Below the pieces are notes generated by a model. The model had not been told where the DNA came from, did not search any database, and saw only the letters and a list, made by a program, of their open reading frames with translations. From the NCBI RefSeq assembly GCF_964213995.1, contig NC_135816.1:61504001-61568000 (forward strand): a stretch of DNA of 64,000 nt. Reading direction: 5' to 3'. How positions within the stretch are numbered: the stretch's first letter is position 1; each line of letters opens with the position of its first letter. The DNA comes from Mustelus asterias. Taxonomy: Eukaryota. Below are positions 61,211-64,000 of this stretch, piece by piece. The translations under genes and the position numbers were made by a program.

Positions 61211-61247
61211 CCATCTGACGAAGGAGCAGCACTCCGAAAGCTAATGG
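61211..61247 (+). ncRNA. Hammerhead ribozyme motif with compensatory stem I
   Basis: CCAU CUGACGA A GGAG-CAGCA-CUCC GAAA GCU A AUGG. Confidence 0.8.
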
Positions 61248-63699
61248 CATTTGCTACCAAATAAACCTGTTGGACTTTAACCTGGTGTTGTTAAAACTCT
61301 TACTGTGTTTACCCCAGTCCAATGCCGGCATCTCCACATCATAACTGAGAAAACCACAGGTTCTAATTAGAGCAGACCCAGATAAGCATCAAGGACCATA
61401 AAACAACACACAAGATCTCCACTGAATTATGCACAGATGCAGCTTTTAATGCCTGTTCTAACAAGAGATAATGGGACAGGGTAGTTGATGAACCTCTGGT
61501 TAGAAAGATAACTTCATAATTATGTAGAATGAAATACATGCTTGGTGATATCATAATTCAGTAGAAACACTCAAGTTGTAATTCAACAACTATACCCTTA
61601 TAGTAGGCATGATATAAACCTGATCAATAGTTATGAGTGGATATAGATATAACTTCTGTGCAAATGTACATCTTTGATTGCTATGTGCTAATTTCATGTA
61701 ACTGCATCTTTACTATAAATGTCTGTTTAATTCCTGGACCAAGGCTTTTTCTGGTTAATCATGAGCTGGAACACTGGGACTAGCCCATGCTATAGTTCAT
61801 AATAAAGGCATTGTCTGAAACTCCAAGAGTCTTCATCTGGTTTTCACAAGAGTGAAAGAGTGAAGTACAGCCGAAAAGCTGTATTTTTCTCCCTACCAAC
61901 ACTGAAGTCAAGGAATGAGGAACAGGAATCTAGAAAACAGGTCCTGTTCAGTGAAGTTAAGAGGAAGGCGCCAAGTTAAAAAAGGCAAAGCTGCAGAAAG
62001 CATTCGGAACGTGAAGTGAGTTTATGAGAAGCCAGAGATCCAAGGTGACCAGAAGGTTGGTGATTGCTTACTATGGGCCTGTAAAACAATGGTATTCTGT
62101 TGGTACAGCTGCATATATGAGCTATTGCATGAAATGCAAAGCTTGAATGCACGTGGCAATCCAGGGCAGAGGAACACTTGAAAGAGAGGTTGAAACCCTG
62201 GAGGTTGATCCTTCATAAAGACATCTGGAAAGAAAATTTCATTTCGGAGAAGATTCCAAGCTGTGTTCTTCGAGAGCAGAGATTAGAAACCCTAATGCAA
62301 AAGATAGAGTTCCAGTGTAACCAATTGCCTTACAGCCTAACAAGCCTCTGGGGGAAATTGATGAGAAATCTGTAGAAGTTGTTTTGGGTGGCATTTGTCA
62401 TTTGGTTTCAGAGTGTGGGGTGTCTGACCACAGTTTGTCTATTTGTTTACATGGACTGTGTACTTGTTGAGGACATTAGAGTATAAGATAGATTTTGTAA
62501 CTTGTGTTATCATCACCAATCTGTATATATATGTGTAAAGGTACAGTTGAGGTGAAAGAGTAGTTTATAATAGTATAATCTTTCTTGATCAATGTTTTAT
62601 TCTTTGTTAAAAGTTCATCAGCTGACTCCTGTGACTCTGTTCAGTAGCCACCTTCTACATATCAAAATAAAGTTAGGATCTATGAAGCAAGGTTCCACCC
62701 TGGGACATGACTTGTCCAGTAGTTAGATCAGAACAGCAGGAACTCTCCTGCTTTTGCGACCTGCCATCAAGCATATCGGGAGGATTTACAGGCTGATAAT
62801 CAACTGACAACTTTAGACTGGGAACTTTTCCCTCCATCTTGACTCACCCCTTTGTTTTATCTTATTCAGTTATCCTGGCTTGCCCCAACACAATCCCACC
62901 TTTTCCTATTCACACATTCTGCTATCCTACCTTCGCCACTATTAACACTCCTCCGTCCCTAATGGCACCATTTGTCTCTTTGTCTCTTGTCCATGACAGC
63001 TTTGTCAATATCTCCTTGGCTCCAGCCTCTCACTGACTTTCCATTCTGCCACCCACCCCCCAACTACCCCCCCCCCCACCACCCCACCCCACCCCCCAAC
63101 TACCCCCCCCCACCCCCACCCCACCCCACCCCACCCCCCCCACCACTCCCAGGTATGTAATTCATCACATTTCTATCCCTTTTCAGTTCTGTACATGAGT
63201 CACATGGACTTGAAACACTAACTGTTTTTCTGTCTCCACAGGTGCTGCCAGGCCTGCCAATTTTATCCAGAATGTTCTGTTTATATTTCACATTTCCAGC
63301 TTTCACAGTATTTTGCTTTCATTATCCTGATAATCAACCTGTTTGGTCACATTGTGAATGTACCTTCCTGGAATGAGACTTGAACTCAGAGCTTCTGGCC
63401 CAGAGGCAGGAACACTGCCACTGCATCACAAGACCTTCTTTGTACACTCTCAGAGAGGGAAAGGATAACTTTGCCAGTAGCTGTGAAGGTGACGATGGCC
63501 ATGATTTTGGCATTAGGGTCCTTCCAGGCTGTAGCAGGTGTCCTCACAGAACCACTGTCACTCCCTGGGCCTAGAGATCTGTTGGAGGATGGGTTGCTGG
63601 ACTGCTGCAAGACACTGCAAAAGCTTTTGAGCACCGGGATCTGTAGTCAGAACACAAGAACACTACTGAGCCAGTGTTTGGCATCTTGGGAATCAGAAA

Positions 63700-64000
63700 C
63701 CATTTGATAAGATCATGGCTGATCTGCACTTTCCTGTCTGCTCCCCATAATTGTTGGCTCCCTTGTTCAAAGGTCTATCTAACTTAGTCTTGAATAAATT
63801 CAACGACCCAGCCTCCACTGCTCTGCGAAGAGATTCGCACAATCAAACAATTTGAGGAGAAAAAGATTCTCCTCTCAGCCTCAAGTGAGAGACCACTAAT
63901 TATTAAACTAGTGTCCACTAGTTCTAGCCTCCCCCATAAGGAGAAACAATCTCCCAGCATCCATCCTGTAAAACCCTTCAAAATCTTATATGTTTGTATA
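63700..64000 (-). mobile_element. Old CR1 3' fragment
   Basis: Reverse complement reads TYKILKG...FPLMG..RTSGH.L.I. Confidence 0.7.

Larger units (their letters stand above)
59939..61342 (-). mobile_element. 5'-truncated Neptune-type PLE with inverted terminal repeat (61046-61342)
   Basis: 12-bp TSD AACTGAGAAAAC (59927-59938/61343-61354). RT thumb plus GIY-YIG with one frameshift. Confidence 0.9.

Noticed and set aside
63050-63150. Poly-C/CCCCA tract giving poly-Pro ORFs
   Set aside because: Simple low-complexity sequence within an old repeat.

Overview
Eukaryotic, repeat-dense genomic DNA from a cartilaginous fish (shark/ray), inferred from abundant HE1/V-SINE-type tRNA SINEs and CR1 LINEs. 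The only host genes I can support are a minus-strand cluster of TIM-family (HAVCR/TIMD-like) Ig-V genes. Copy A has an intact leader (34298-34340) and IgV exon (33741-34088) plus candidate stalk exons, copy B is frameshifted (56138-56878), and copy C is a fragment (~57070-57350). The rest is a nested transposon landscape: a 5'-truncated CR1 LINE (13871-21591) split by a full-length Neptune-type Penelope-like element (PLE, 15395-19180); five more copies of that PLE, several as fold-back inversions; a young full-length Gypsy LTR retrotransposon (48623-53422) inside a related solo LTR; a decayed autonomous Harbinger transposon and its MITE; solo LTRs; SINEs; and a 200-N gap (44273-44472). Most notable: (i) minimal hammerhead ribozyme motifs with covarying stems in the PLE terminal repeats, including a 1.39-kb palindrome inside a probable TIM intron; (ii) a Gypsy element with no tRNA primer-binding site but a 13-nt sequence complementary to its own LTR over the poly(A) signal (self-priming and/or poly(A) occlusion); (iii) TIM paralogues with near-identical 5' halves but divergent ligand-binding loops, and no obvious transmembrane exon in the window. 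All alignments were done by eye and edge coordinates of old repeats are approximate.
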